From a virus, in the IMG/VR virus record IMGVR_UViG_3300032893_000008, positions 55,224 through 119,223 of that record: a DNA stretch of 64,000 nt; one strand, 5' to 3'. This document shows, one piece after another, positions 55,189 to 63,275 of the stretch. Under the pieces are notes generated by a model that saw only the letters and a list, made by a program, of their open reading frames with translations, had not been told where the DNA came from and did no database searches. A program made the position numbers and the translations under genes. Position 1 is the stretch's first letter. Every line of letters begins with the position of its first letter.

Positions 55189-57942
55189 TTACGCCGTCGC
55201 CCGGATGTTGTCGAGCACGATGCTCGGCAGGATGAAGTCCACGCTCTGAGCGGGCGTGATCACGATATCGACCGTCATCACGTTACCATCGAGGCGCACG
55301 ACGAGGTTCTTGAAGCCCAGCCCTTCATTGGTGTCGTCACCGACAAGCAGGCCGGCATCCTTCGCCGCCTGGGAGAACTGGATGACTGCGTTCTTGACCG
55401 CGACCGGAGTAGCCGTGACCGAGGACACACCAACGAACAGGTTTTCGAGGACCTGGCGAAGGTTGTAGGCGTAGGTGTCCGCGGCGTAGAGCGTCGAAAT
55501 ACGGTTGTAGACGAAGGAGTTATCCTTGCCGTAGGTCGTATTACCGACGACGATCCGGAAACCACCCGACTGCGGCTGTTCACCGAAGAGCAGGCCGTTC
55601 GCGATCGCATCATCGCCATCCGTAGCGGGATCGAAGTCCGCGTGCGAGAGACCGGAGACGTTGATGGACTTGTGGGTCATCGGTTCGCCGATAGACGCAC
55701 CGGCCTGCATGCCGGCGGCGATGCAAGCAAAGCCCCAGGGCTGGACGTAATCGAGCGTTCCGTCGGTCTTCAGGATCTTGACGTCCTGGATGGCGAGCGA
55801 TACGCGCTCGGAAGCGAGATTGTTGGACTTGACCTTCGAATCGGCGTAAGTGCCCTTATAGGACGCGTAGCCGTTGCGCTCGGAGCGGTTCTTGGTGTTC
55901 GACATCAGGAGCACGTGGCTCTTGAGGCCGGCGTTGATAGCGTCCACCGTGTAGGTCGAGCTGGGATCGGTCAGGGAGTCGAGGATGTCCGCGGTAGCGT
56001 CGCGCGAGAAGAGCGGGACGACGGAGTTGACGCGGACCTTCTGCATCGCATCGAGACCGGCCTGCACGGCAGCTGCAGTCGAACCACCAAGCGCACCACC
56101 GGAGAGGAACACCGGAGTCGTCGTCGCCGTCGGAAGACCGGCGAACGAAGAGCGAGTCAGACCCACGAGCTGGCTGGCGTCGTAGAACGACTGGACGTCG
56201 TAGGAGTCCTTCTTGATGCGACCGGGCTTGTCGGTGGCGATCGCGCAAGCGATACCGATCGCAGTCACGCGATCGAGGATCGAGGGCGGGAGCTGGCCGT
56301 AGAGCGCGTTCGCGACGACACAGGAGTAACCGGTCTGCGAGTTGATGTAGGTAGCGAGGTCGTTCAGGGTCTTGAAATCCGACAGACGCAGGCTCAGGTC
56401 CGACGCCGAGCCGCCGGCATGGGTCGTCGTGAGCTGGGTCGCGGAGATCGTGAGCGTGCAGGTCGTGGCAACGCAGCCCACCAGGAGCGCGAACGCACCA
56501 CCGACGGTCCCGGAGGACTCGGTGAGGTTGTCCGACTGACGGTTAACCGTCAGAGAGACGCTCGGTTCAGCGGAGGAGACGTTCAGGATCGGGATCGAAG
56601 CGACAGAAGCGAAACCCTTGAAGACCTGGACATCCGTCTGGGCCGCGATATCGGCCGGAGCGACCGTGACCGGGGAACCAGTGATCTTCGTAGCGGTGAT
56701 CGAAGACGCGCTCGCAGCCGTCACGCGCCAGGCGCCGACGTTTTGGAGCGCACCGCCGGCGATCGGGGAGCCCGGACGCACCCAGAGCATATCGCCTGCG
56801 GCCGGGACGGCAGCGTAAGCACTGGAAGTCGCGAACACACCCGAAGAACCGCTGACGGTCACGCCGATCGTGGATCCATCGGTGACCGAAGTCGCCGAGA
56901 GAACGCCGCGGTCGACGCCGCCGAACATCGTTTCGTCGATCGAGACCGCGGCCGCGCCGTCGTAGATCTCCAGGCTGGAGCCTTCGCCCGCGGGCGTAGA
57001 GGTCGCGACCGAGAGGACGATCGGGGAGTAGCAGACGACGTCACTCGTAGCGGCGATGTCGGTCGCAGCGACGTTCGCGCAGGCGACCGAAGGATCGCCG
57101 AGCTTGACGGCCGTAATCGTGTTGGAAGTGACAGCCGTAACGAGGTAGCCACCGGCGTTAGCGCTGGCGCCGCCGACGATCGCGGATCCGAGCGGGATGT
57201 GAAGCGTATCACCGACGGTCGGGTTCACGGCCCAGGTGGGGGTCGTGTTGGAAATCGTGATCGTAACGACGTTACCAACCGAGGAGATCGCGATCTTGGT
57301 TCCGTCCGCTACACGACCAGCGTCGATGATGCCACGGTCGGTGCCGCCGGTCGCCGAGAGCCCGGAGAGGCCGTTGAGGGCCGATCGCACGGTAGCGGGC
57401 GTAGCGTCCGCGAGCTGGGCAGTCGAAACTTCGGCCAGACCGTCGACGCGCGCCTTGAAGGTAGACGCGGACGTGGAATCGGGCATCCAGTTGAAGGTAA
57501 GGGAGAACTTCGCTTCCGAAGCGGCAGCGTCAACCGAGAAGTTGATCAGGTTCTCAGCAACGCCGTAGTTCAGGGACTTGAGAGTGCCGTAGCTCGACGG
57601 CAGAGTGCCGCTAGCCTGGGTGGAAGCGTTGGTTTTGTAGATGAAGAGCTGCTGAGCGCCGTTAGCGATACGCGCATCAGCGGAGGGATTGAAGAGGATG
57701 CTAGCCGCATCGACGATCGGGCCCGACTTGTAGGTCGAGACGATCTCGGAGAACTGCTCGGGCGTGAAAGAGTTGCCCTTGACGTCGACCGCCGAACCGG
57801 GGGCGCCACCTTCGGCTTCACCGACGATACCGACGATACCGGCAGGAGCGAGCTGGAAACCACCGGAAAGCGAGACAGTCGTCTTGCTGTAAGCGCCGGG
57901 CTTACGAAGGGTTGCACCGTTGAAATTGATCGAGATCGCCAT
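55189..57942 (-). CDS. Contractile tail sheath protein (917 aa, with inserted domains)
   Basis: FNGATLRKPGAYS..GIVGEAEGG; FLSGGALG; EPMTHK; IVVGNTTY; PAQSVDFI. Confidence 0.9.
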   Translation of the reverse strand: MAISINFNGATLRKPGAYSKTTVSLSGGFQLAPAGIVGIVGEAEGGAPGSAVDVKGNSFTPEQFSEIVSTYKSGPIVDAASILFNPSADARIANGAQQLFIYKTNASTQASGTLPSSYGTLKSLNYGVAENLINFSVDAAASEAKFSLTFNWMPDSTSASTFKARVDGLAEVSTAQLADATPATVRSALNGLSGLSATGGTDRGIIDAGRVADGTKIAISSVGNVVTITISNTTPTWAVNPTVGDTLHIPLGSAIVGGASANAGGYLVTAVTSNTITAVKLGDPSVACANVAATDIAATSDVVCYSPIVLSVATSTPAGEGSSLEIYDGAAAVSIDETMFGGVDRGVLSATSVTDGSTIGVTVSGSSGVFATSSAYAAVPAAGDMLWVRPGSPIAGGALQNVGAWRVTAASASSITATKITGSPVTVAPADIAAQTDVQVFKGFASVASIPILNVSSAEPSVSLTVNRQSDNLTESSGTVGGAFALLVGCVATTCTLTISATQLTTTHAGGSASDLSLRLSDFKTLNDLATYINSQTGYSCVVANALYGQLPPSILDRVTAIGIACAIATDKPGRIKKDSYDVQSFYDASQLVGLTRSSFAGLPTATTTPVFLSGGALGGSTAAAVQAGLDAMQKVRVNSVVPLFSRDATADILDSLTDPSSTYTVDAINAGLKSHVLLMSNTKNRSERNGYASYKGTYADSKVKSNNLASERVSLAIQDVKILKTDGTLDYVQPWGFACIAAGMQAGASIGEPMTHKSINVSGLSHADFDPATDGDDAIANGLLFGEQPQSGGFRIVVGNTTYGKDNSFVYNRISTLYAADTYAYNLRQVLENLFVGVSSVTATPVAVKNAVIQFSQAAKDAGLLVGDDTNEGLGFKNLVVRLDGNVMTVDIVITPAQSVDFILPSIVLDNIRATA

Positions 57943-57989
57943 CGTTTTCCTCAGTCCGGATGGATTTTACCAGTCCCCGGATCGCATTC

Positions 57990-58295
57990 TTAGGTCCCGA
58001 AATAAGCTCGCAAGGCCGCGTCATAGCGGCGAGCCGGCTCCTCGGCGGAAAGCCCCTGACTGGACATGTAAGCACGCAGGGTTTCCATGTGATGAGTTTT
58101 CAGCCGCGGATCATCCGCAGACTTGACCATGAACCAAGTGGAGAACTTCATCTTGGGTTCGATGGCAATTTCATTACGGCTGGCGCGACGAACGGGAGCG
58201 GCCACAACCTCCACTACTTCAGGAGCTTCCGAAGCGACTTCCTCGACTTCAGCCGGGATTTCCTTGACTTCAGTTTTCGACTTCCTGGGCGGCAT
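57990..58295 (-). CDS. Hypothetical virion-module protein
   Basis: GGTAGACT-6nt-ATG. Confidence 0.55.
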   Translation of the reverse strand: MPPRKSKTEVKEIPAEVEEVASEAPEVVEVVAAPVRRASRNEIAIEPKMKFSTWFMVKSADDPRLKTHHMETLRAYMSSQGLSAEEPARRYDAALRAYFGT

Positions 58296-58325
58296 GTCCA
58301 GAGTCTACCAGGTGTTACACCGGCT

Positions 58326-59231
58326 TCAGGGGTCTTCTTCGGTGATCTGGACGCCATTAGGGTCCCTGGTCACGAGCTGGATGCCGGCGGGAGTAGTAGC
58401 CCAGGGTTCCGTCCACTCCACCGAGACCTGCGCGGAATATCGATACCAGCGGGAATAAACGTTATTTGGTAGGAACTTAGAGTCCTTATTGAACTCAGAA
58501 CCTGAGAACGTCTGGAGCTGGATGCCGTATTTTTCCATGTCCAGCTTGAAGCGGAAAAAGATCCACTGGACTAGGTAGTAGATCCACAAGACCACCTGGT
58601 AGTCCTGGTCGGCGTGAATACCTAGGTCGACGTGCGCTAGGGAGCGGGAGCTAGCCCCGCGGAGTTGCTCGTTTACTTGCCCGGGGCCGGCCTTGATGTA
58701 GAACTTCGAGGAATCGACATGCCCGCCAACGAGCTGAATGGCGACCGAATCGCTAGTCACCGGAGAAACGATGAGGTATTCCTCGCCTTTGGCGTCGACT
58801 ACAACTTGACCTACGTAAACGTCCGTAAGATCAATCTTTTTCGGGACGGTAATCACGCCTACATCGCCGGCCTCGACGTAGCTCTTCGGAACGAAGGTAG
58901 GCACTACCATCGGCTGATCGACCAGGTTGTCGACCATCGTCGCCTGATCAGACAGCGCGGCCGCTTCTACGCGCTCCTGCTCCTGAGCGAGATGGATCGA
59001 GATACAGGGCCATTTCGCGTTCTGAAGTCCCCAGGAAAGCACGACCGGGACGTCAGTATCCAGGAGCCAGCGTTTTACGCGATCGATCTCCCGCTGGCCA
59101 TAGATTTTTTCCATGTGAGGAGCGAGCCAGGTCTCAAAGATCTGGTCCAGAACCTCAATGTTAGCCCGCAGATAGTCGATCCCGAGGGTTACGAATCCTT
59201 GGATCTCAGCGTCGAGCGAAATAGCCCCCAT
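58326..59231 (-). CDS. Tail completion/neck protein (putative)
   Basis: WPCISIHLAQEQE; position upstream of sheath. Confidence 0.55.
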   Translation of the reverse strand: MGAISLDAEIQGFVTLGIDYLRANIEVLDQIFETWLAPHMEKIYGQREIDRVKRWLLDTDVPVVLSWGLQNAKWPCISIHLAQEQERVEAAALSDQATMVDNLVDQPMVVPTFVPKSYVEAGDVGVITVPKKIDLTDVYVGQVVVDAKGEEYLIVSPVTSDSVAIQLVGGHVDSSKFYIKAGPGQVNEQLRGASSRSLAHVDLGIHADQDYQVVLWIYYLVQWIFFRFKLDMEKYGIQLQTFSGSEFNKDSKFLPNNVYSRWYRYSAQVSVEWTEPWATTPAGIQLVTRDPNGVQITEEDP

Positions 59232-59238
59232 GGCCGAA

Positions 59239-59508
59239 TTATAGCATCGTCATCGCGACATCCAGGGGATTCAGGCGTTTGAACCGGAGGATCTCTTTCT
59301 TGGTGAACCAGGTATCCTCTTCGGATCCATTGGCGTGAATCAAGTGGATTTTCGCGTAATCCAGATTCCCATCCGCACCAAAAGAGATGTCCACGATCTC
59401 CGTTGCAGTGCAGATGCAACCATTAAGGAGCACGTAGGGCGATTTGCTTAGACCCTCTTTGAAGGCCATGAAGATATTCACAGGTGGTTCGATGAGGTCT
59501 ATAACCAT
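59239..59508 (-). CDS. Small beta-rich protein, C-terminal NPLDVAM motif
   Basis: ATG 59508; ends RLNPLDVAMTML*. Confidence 0.6.
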   Translation of the reverse strand: MVIDLIEPPVNIFMAFKEGLSKSPYVLLNGCICTATEIVDISFGADGNLDYAKIHLIHANGSEEDTWFTKKEILRFKRLNPLDVAMTML

Positions 59509-59732
59509 ACGACGTTTCCACAGGTGCAGTGCTCTTCCGAGGCGGTGCAGACCGGACATCGGTCGCCCCTCTGGACCGTGATCGGACTGAATGTGTCCGG
59601 CACTGGGATTTTTCTTTGAATCTTCTGAGCGTTGTTCTTGGATAGAGAGTTCTGACCGTGCTTCTTGTGAGGTTTGCAATGCCCGCATCCTGCCCGCTGA
59701 TGCCGCGGTTTTCCGTGTTTGAAGTTGCTCAA
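59499..59732 (-). CDS. Small Cys/His-rich basic protein
   Basis: CGHCKPHK, CPVC..HCTC. Confidence 0.55.
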   Translation of the reverse strand: MSNFKHGKPRHQRAGCGHCKPHKKHGQNSLSKNNAQKIQRKIPVPDTFSPITVQRGDRCPVCTASEEHCTCGNVVWL

Positions 59733-60478
59733 CCGAAGAATTCCTTAACGATTTGGCCTAGTTGCTCATCCGCCCATCTTTCAAGATCCGGGAAGATATT
59801 CGCTCCCTCGAACCCAGGATGCTTCCAGTGGGTGTTAGGATCCTGCTTCTCGCTAGCCACCCGGAAGATGAAGTAAGCCGAGGAGATGGGCGATTCATCC
59901 TTGTCGGCGCCCTTGTATTCCCGGATCCGAGTCAGGCCCTTCAGGGCCGGATGGATCTCGCCCGTGTAGCGCTCGACGGTCGTGAATTTGCCGGTCTGTT
60001 TGGACTGTTCAGCCTTGACCTGCTTGAACTTACGCTCGTCGACGATGTTCTTGATGGCAGCCACCATGTCGGGCGCTCCACCCGGACCGGAGGTCTTGGG
60101 CAACATCATCTCTTCGCCAACATTCTGGCGGAGGGGAATGACGGTGTAGCGATGGCCGTCCTTAGCGACCTTGGACTTCGGTCCCTGGGCGAGCTTGGGT
60201 AGCATCGGGAAGGGCGGGAAGCCCTCTTCCCACTTCTCGGCTTCCTCAGCTAGGGAGACTACGAACACCCCCGGCCCTTCCTGGGATAGCTGTAGAGCAT
60301 CGATGTATTGCTGCCGAGTCGAGTGCAAGCGGTCCTGAGTCATCTCAACCGCTCGATTGTAGGCCAATTCCGACATCTTGGCTGCTGTAGCCACCAGGCC
60401 ATCTACGACTTCAGCGCCAAGCCCCTGAAGCTGAATACCGAGTTCATCGAGCTTCGCCTTGACGCTGATGTCCGCCAC
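59729..60478 (-). CDS. Neck/head-tail connector protein (putative)
   Basis: LHSTRQQY, FRVAS..WKHPGF; GGTAAAAT upstream. Confidence 0.6.
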   Translation of the reverse strand: MADISVKAKLDELGIQLQGLGAEVVDGLVATAAKMSELAYNRAVEMTQDRLHSTRQQYIDALQLSQEGPGVFVVSLAEEAEKWEEGFPPFPMLPKLAQGPKSKVAKDGHRYTVIPLRQNVGEEMMLPKTSGPGGAPDMVAAIKNIVDERKFKQVKAEQSKQTGKFTTVERYTGEIHPALKGLTRIREYKGADKDESPISSAYFIFRVASEKQDPNTHWKHPGFEGANIFPDLERWADEQLGQIVKEFFG

Positions 60479-60526
60479 TTCTAAATTTTACCAGGGGGGT
60501 GAGTGTTTTAGGGAGTATCATTCCCT

Positions 60527-61153
60527 ATGGAGGTAACAATGCAGACCGTCGAACAGCTGAATCCTGACGCTTTCATACCCATTCCTCTCGATTTCGTAGC
60601 CATATCTTCTCCGGCGACGGATGCTTTGATGGGGGCTATCGAAGTGCTACCGACTCTCTCGCTGACGGATGGTCCATTCATCGCCGGCGGCGCTATCGTG
60701 CGAGCGCTCCTGGGCAAGACCGAGGTCTCGGACATCGACGTTTTCTGCTGCTCTTCCAAGCAGTTCGCCGACGTCATCGAGTTCCTCGGTGACAAGTCGG
60801 AGCCGGACGTCAATCCGCAACCCCCAAGCATGGGCGGGGGCGACCCTTCGATCGTGAATTTCAGCATCAACGGCCTGAAGATCCAGGTGATCGATGCTGA
60901 AGTGCGCGCAGTTCCGGGTTCGAAGCCGGTGGATATCCTCCTCGGATTCGACATCACGGCCGCGATGGTCGCTACGGACGGCAAAAACCTACTCGTCAAC
61001 GAAGCAGCAGCCTGGGCGATTTCGAACCGAGTGATCGTCCTCAACAAGTCGTCCCAGCGCAAGGCCCCCCTGGAAGTGCGCCCGCACCTCGATAATGACG
61101 AAGAGCGAGTGGCGAAGTATACCGCACTCCTGGAGGTGGCTAGTGGCTCGTAA
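60527..61153 (+). CDS. Nucleotidyltransferase (CCA/poly(A) polymerase head-like)
   Basis: FIAGGAIV, SDIDVF, IQVI, FDIT, RVAKY. Confidence 0.7.
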   Translation: MEVTMQTVEQLNPDAFIPIPLDFVAISSPATDALMGAIEVLPTLSLTDGPFIAGGAIVRALLGKTEVSDIDVFCCSSKQFADVIEFLGDKSEPDVNPQPPSMGGGDPSIVNFSINGLKIQVIDAEVRAVPGSKPVDILLGFDITAAMVATDGKNLLVNEAAAWAISNRVIVLNKSSQRKAPLEVRPHLDNDEERVAKYTALLEVASGS

Positions 61154-61340
61154 GCTTGCCTATCCCAAGCATTTCTTTCCATTCGATTCTTTCCCGTTCT
61201 TTTTCTGGCTTCCGAGGAAGGAAGAGACGCCCGCCGAGCGCGGCGCCCGAATCAATGGTGACGGCGTGCCACGGACCTACGCGAGCGATTACGCCGAGGA
61301 TCACGAGCGCCACAAGCACACTGGCACCTGATTTTTCTTC

Positions 61341-61369
61341 TTGACTACCCCTACTAGGGGTGCTACAAC
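61341..61369 (+). promoter_or_regulatory. sigma70 promoter with palindrome in spacer
   Basis: TTGACT-ACCCCTA-C-TAGGGGT-GC-TACAAC, 6 nt before ATG. Confidence 0.55.
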
Positions 61370-61375
61370 GGAGTC

Positions 61376-62407
61376 ATGAAGAAGAACACGAATCCCGATC
61401 CCGTCACCTACGTCGTCTCCGCCGCCAAGGGCACCCGCGGGGGCATCACCGCTCTCTTCCTGGTCAAATCTCGCACTATCGTCGGTGCGCGTGCGGAAGC
61501 CAAAGCCCGTCTCGACCGTTCCGGCGTGGTTTATCGCCGGTTTGATGTCGTGCCCGAAAACGAGTCGTCGAAGACGCCCGAGCAGCGCGCGGCCAATCGC
61601 GTCGCTTTCGGCGTTCCGGGCGACGACTGGTTCATCGACGAGGACGACGAGCTGCACGCCAAGCTGGGCGTCAGCAGCGACCGCCTCACCAACTGCCCGG
61701 AGCCGGGGCGCACTTTCGCCATCGGCGACAAGCTCTACGACGGCAAGACCGTCACGAAGGTCTTCAAGAGCGGCAAGTTCTACGAGGTCTCCTGGACCTA
61801 CAAACGGAACAAGGCGTATTCCGCGGAGCTGGAAACAGTCACCGAGAACGTCCTCCGCGCCTGGTATGAACTCTACCCGATGGAATCTTTCCCCAAGGAG
61901 GCGCCGATCAACGGGGACAATTTCATCGCCCGGATCTCCCAGAGCATGCAGTCCAGTCTCGATATCGCCTGGAACATGGTGCTTCGGGACGGCGTGAACA
62001 TGAATCCCGACTACCAGCGGGGATCTGTCTGGGGGCTGGAGGACAAGGTCAAACTGATCGAGTCTCTCTTCCAGCACCGTGAGATCGGGACGTTCGTCTT
62101 CCGGCGGCTTGGCATGGAAGGATGGAAGAATGGCGTCAGCTACGAGATCGTCGACGGCAAACAGCGCCTGGAGGCGATCGTCGACTTCCGCCTCGGGAAA
62201 TTCAAGGTCTACGGCCGCTACTACCACGAGATGAATCCCGAGGACCTTCACACGCTTCGCAACAACATGTTCCGCTACTCGGTCATCAACGAGGACGTTC
62301 CGCTCAAGAAGATCATCGAGATGTTCGTGCTCCTCAACACGACTGGCAAGCCCATGGACCCGGCGGTCATCGAGAAGGCGAAGGAAATGCTCAAGGAGCT
62401 GCCGTGA
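61376..62407 (+). CDS. DUF262 (ParB-like) domain protein with N-terminal extension
   Basis: PDYQRGSVW, LIESL, IVDGKQRL, FVLLNTTGKP. Confidence 0.85.
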   Translation: MKKNTNPDPVTYVVSAAKGTRGGITALFLVKSRTIVGARAEAKARLDRSGVVYRRFDVVPENESSKTPEQRAANRVAFGVPGDDWFIDEDDELHAKLGVSSDRLTNCPEPGRTFAIGDKLYDGKTVTKVFKSGKFYEVSWTYKRNKAYSAELETVTENVLRAWYELYPMESFPKEAPINGDNFIARISQSMQSSLDIAWNMVLRDGVNMNPDYQRGSVWGLEDKVKLIESLFQHREIGTFVFRRLGMEGWKNGVSYEIVDGKQRLEAIVDFRLGKFKVYGRYYHEMNPEDLHTLRNNMFRYSVINEDVPLKKIIEMFVLLNTTGKPMDPAVIEKAKEMLKELP

Positions 62408-62724
62408 TTCTTCAGAAAAACGATGGCGGGCGCGCAGCAGCTGGCTACTCAGGCACTACCGGGGATTGCGTGACGCGAGCGATCGCGATCGCTACCGGGA
62501 AGCCGTATCAGGAGATCTACGACGCCCTGAACGACCTGGCCAAGAACGAACGGCGCGGCCGGCGGCGCGGCGGCGCACGCGGTAAGGGAATCTCCAGCGC
62601 CCGCGGCGGAGTTTACCGCCAGACCTACGACCGTTATCTCAAGTCCATGGGCCGGGTCTTCACGCCCACGATGGAGATCGGCACGAGATGCGTCTACGGC
62701 TACTACGCCAAGGCGGAAAAATGA
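62404..62724 (+). CDS. Papain/C39-like protein, apparently internally truncated
   Basis: NDGGR..GDCVTRAIAIATG..Y; ends GTRCVYGYY with no His after the Cys. Confidence 0.55.
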   Translation: MILQKNDGGRAAAGYSGTTGDCVTRAIAIATGKPYQEIYDALNDLAKNERRGRRRGGARGKGISSARGGVYRQTYDRYLKSMGRVFTPTMEIGTRCVYGYYAKAEK

Positions 62725-62960
62725 AGGTCAGCGAACTCATCGAACACCTCAAGACGCTCGATCCCGAAGCAACGGTTTACCACGATGTCGTGTTCGGCTA
62801 CGACGGTGATCAGGCACCCGAGGAGCTGACCCTCGACGACGTCCGGACCGGTGAAGTGGTGCACTTCAGCCGTAGTCCGAATCTCTTCGTGGACGACGAT
62901 CCGCAGCATCGAACCGGCCATTCCAAGGCGAAGAACCGCGTGAAGGCAGTGCTGCTGTAG
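62721..62960 (+). CDS. Hypothetical phage protein
   Basis: MKVSELIEHLKTLDPEATV common phage N-terminus. Confidence 0.65.
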   Translation: MKVSELIEHLKTLDPEATVYHDVVFGYDGDQAPEELTLDDVRTGEVVHFSRSPNLFVDDDPQHRTGHSKAKNRVKAVLL

Positions 62961-63272
62961 TTAAACCTTACGTTTCCATTCGATACAGGGGCAATCGTAT
63001 TCGGCGCAGGCCGTCCTGGAATTGGTATACCAGTTCGGCATCGAGTGCTTCTCGGACGAATGATTGCAGTTCGCGCACTCGTTGGAGACCATCACGCCAG
63101 CGGTGGGCATCGGGGAGAACCAGATAGCGTCCTCGGCCAAGCGCATTCTCGCTTCGTCGGCTTCACGCTTGGCTACGATCGCTTTGTCGCGCTTCACGCG
63201 AGCGAAGTAGCCGCAGGTGCATCCGTAGTCCAGAAGGTGCTTGTTGCCGCACTCACACTTGACGTCGGACAT
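62961..63272 (-). CDS. Cys-rich Zn-binding protein
   Basis: CECG, CTCG, CANCNH..H, C..CPC. Confidence 0.6.
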   Translation of the reverse strand: MSDVKCECGNKHLLDYGCTCGYFARVKRDKAIVAKREADEARMRLAEDAIWFSPMPTAGVMVSNECANCNHSSEKHSMPNWYTNSRTACAEYDCPCIEWKRKV

Positions 63273-63275
63273 GTC

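Noticed and set aside
54814-57993. 1059-aa + strand ORF
   Set aside because: Antisense shadow of the tail sheath gene caused by high-GC codon bias; Arg/Gly-rich with no motifs
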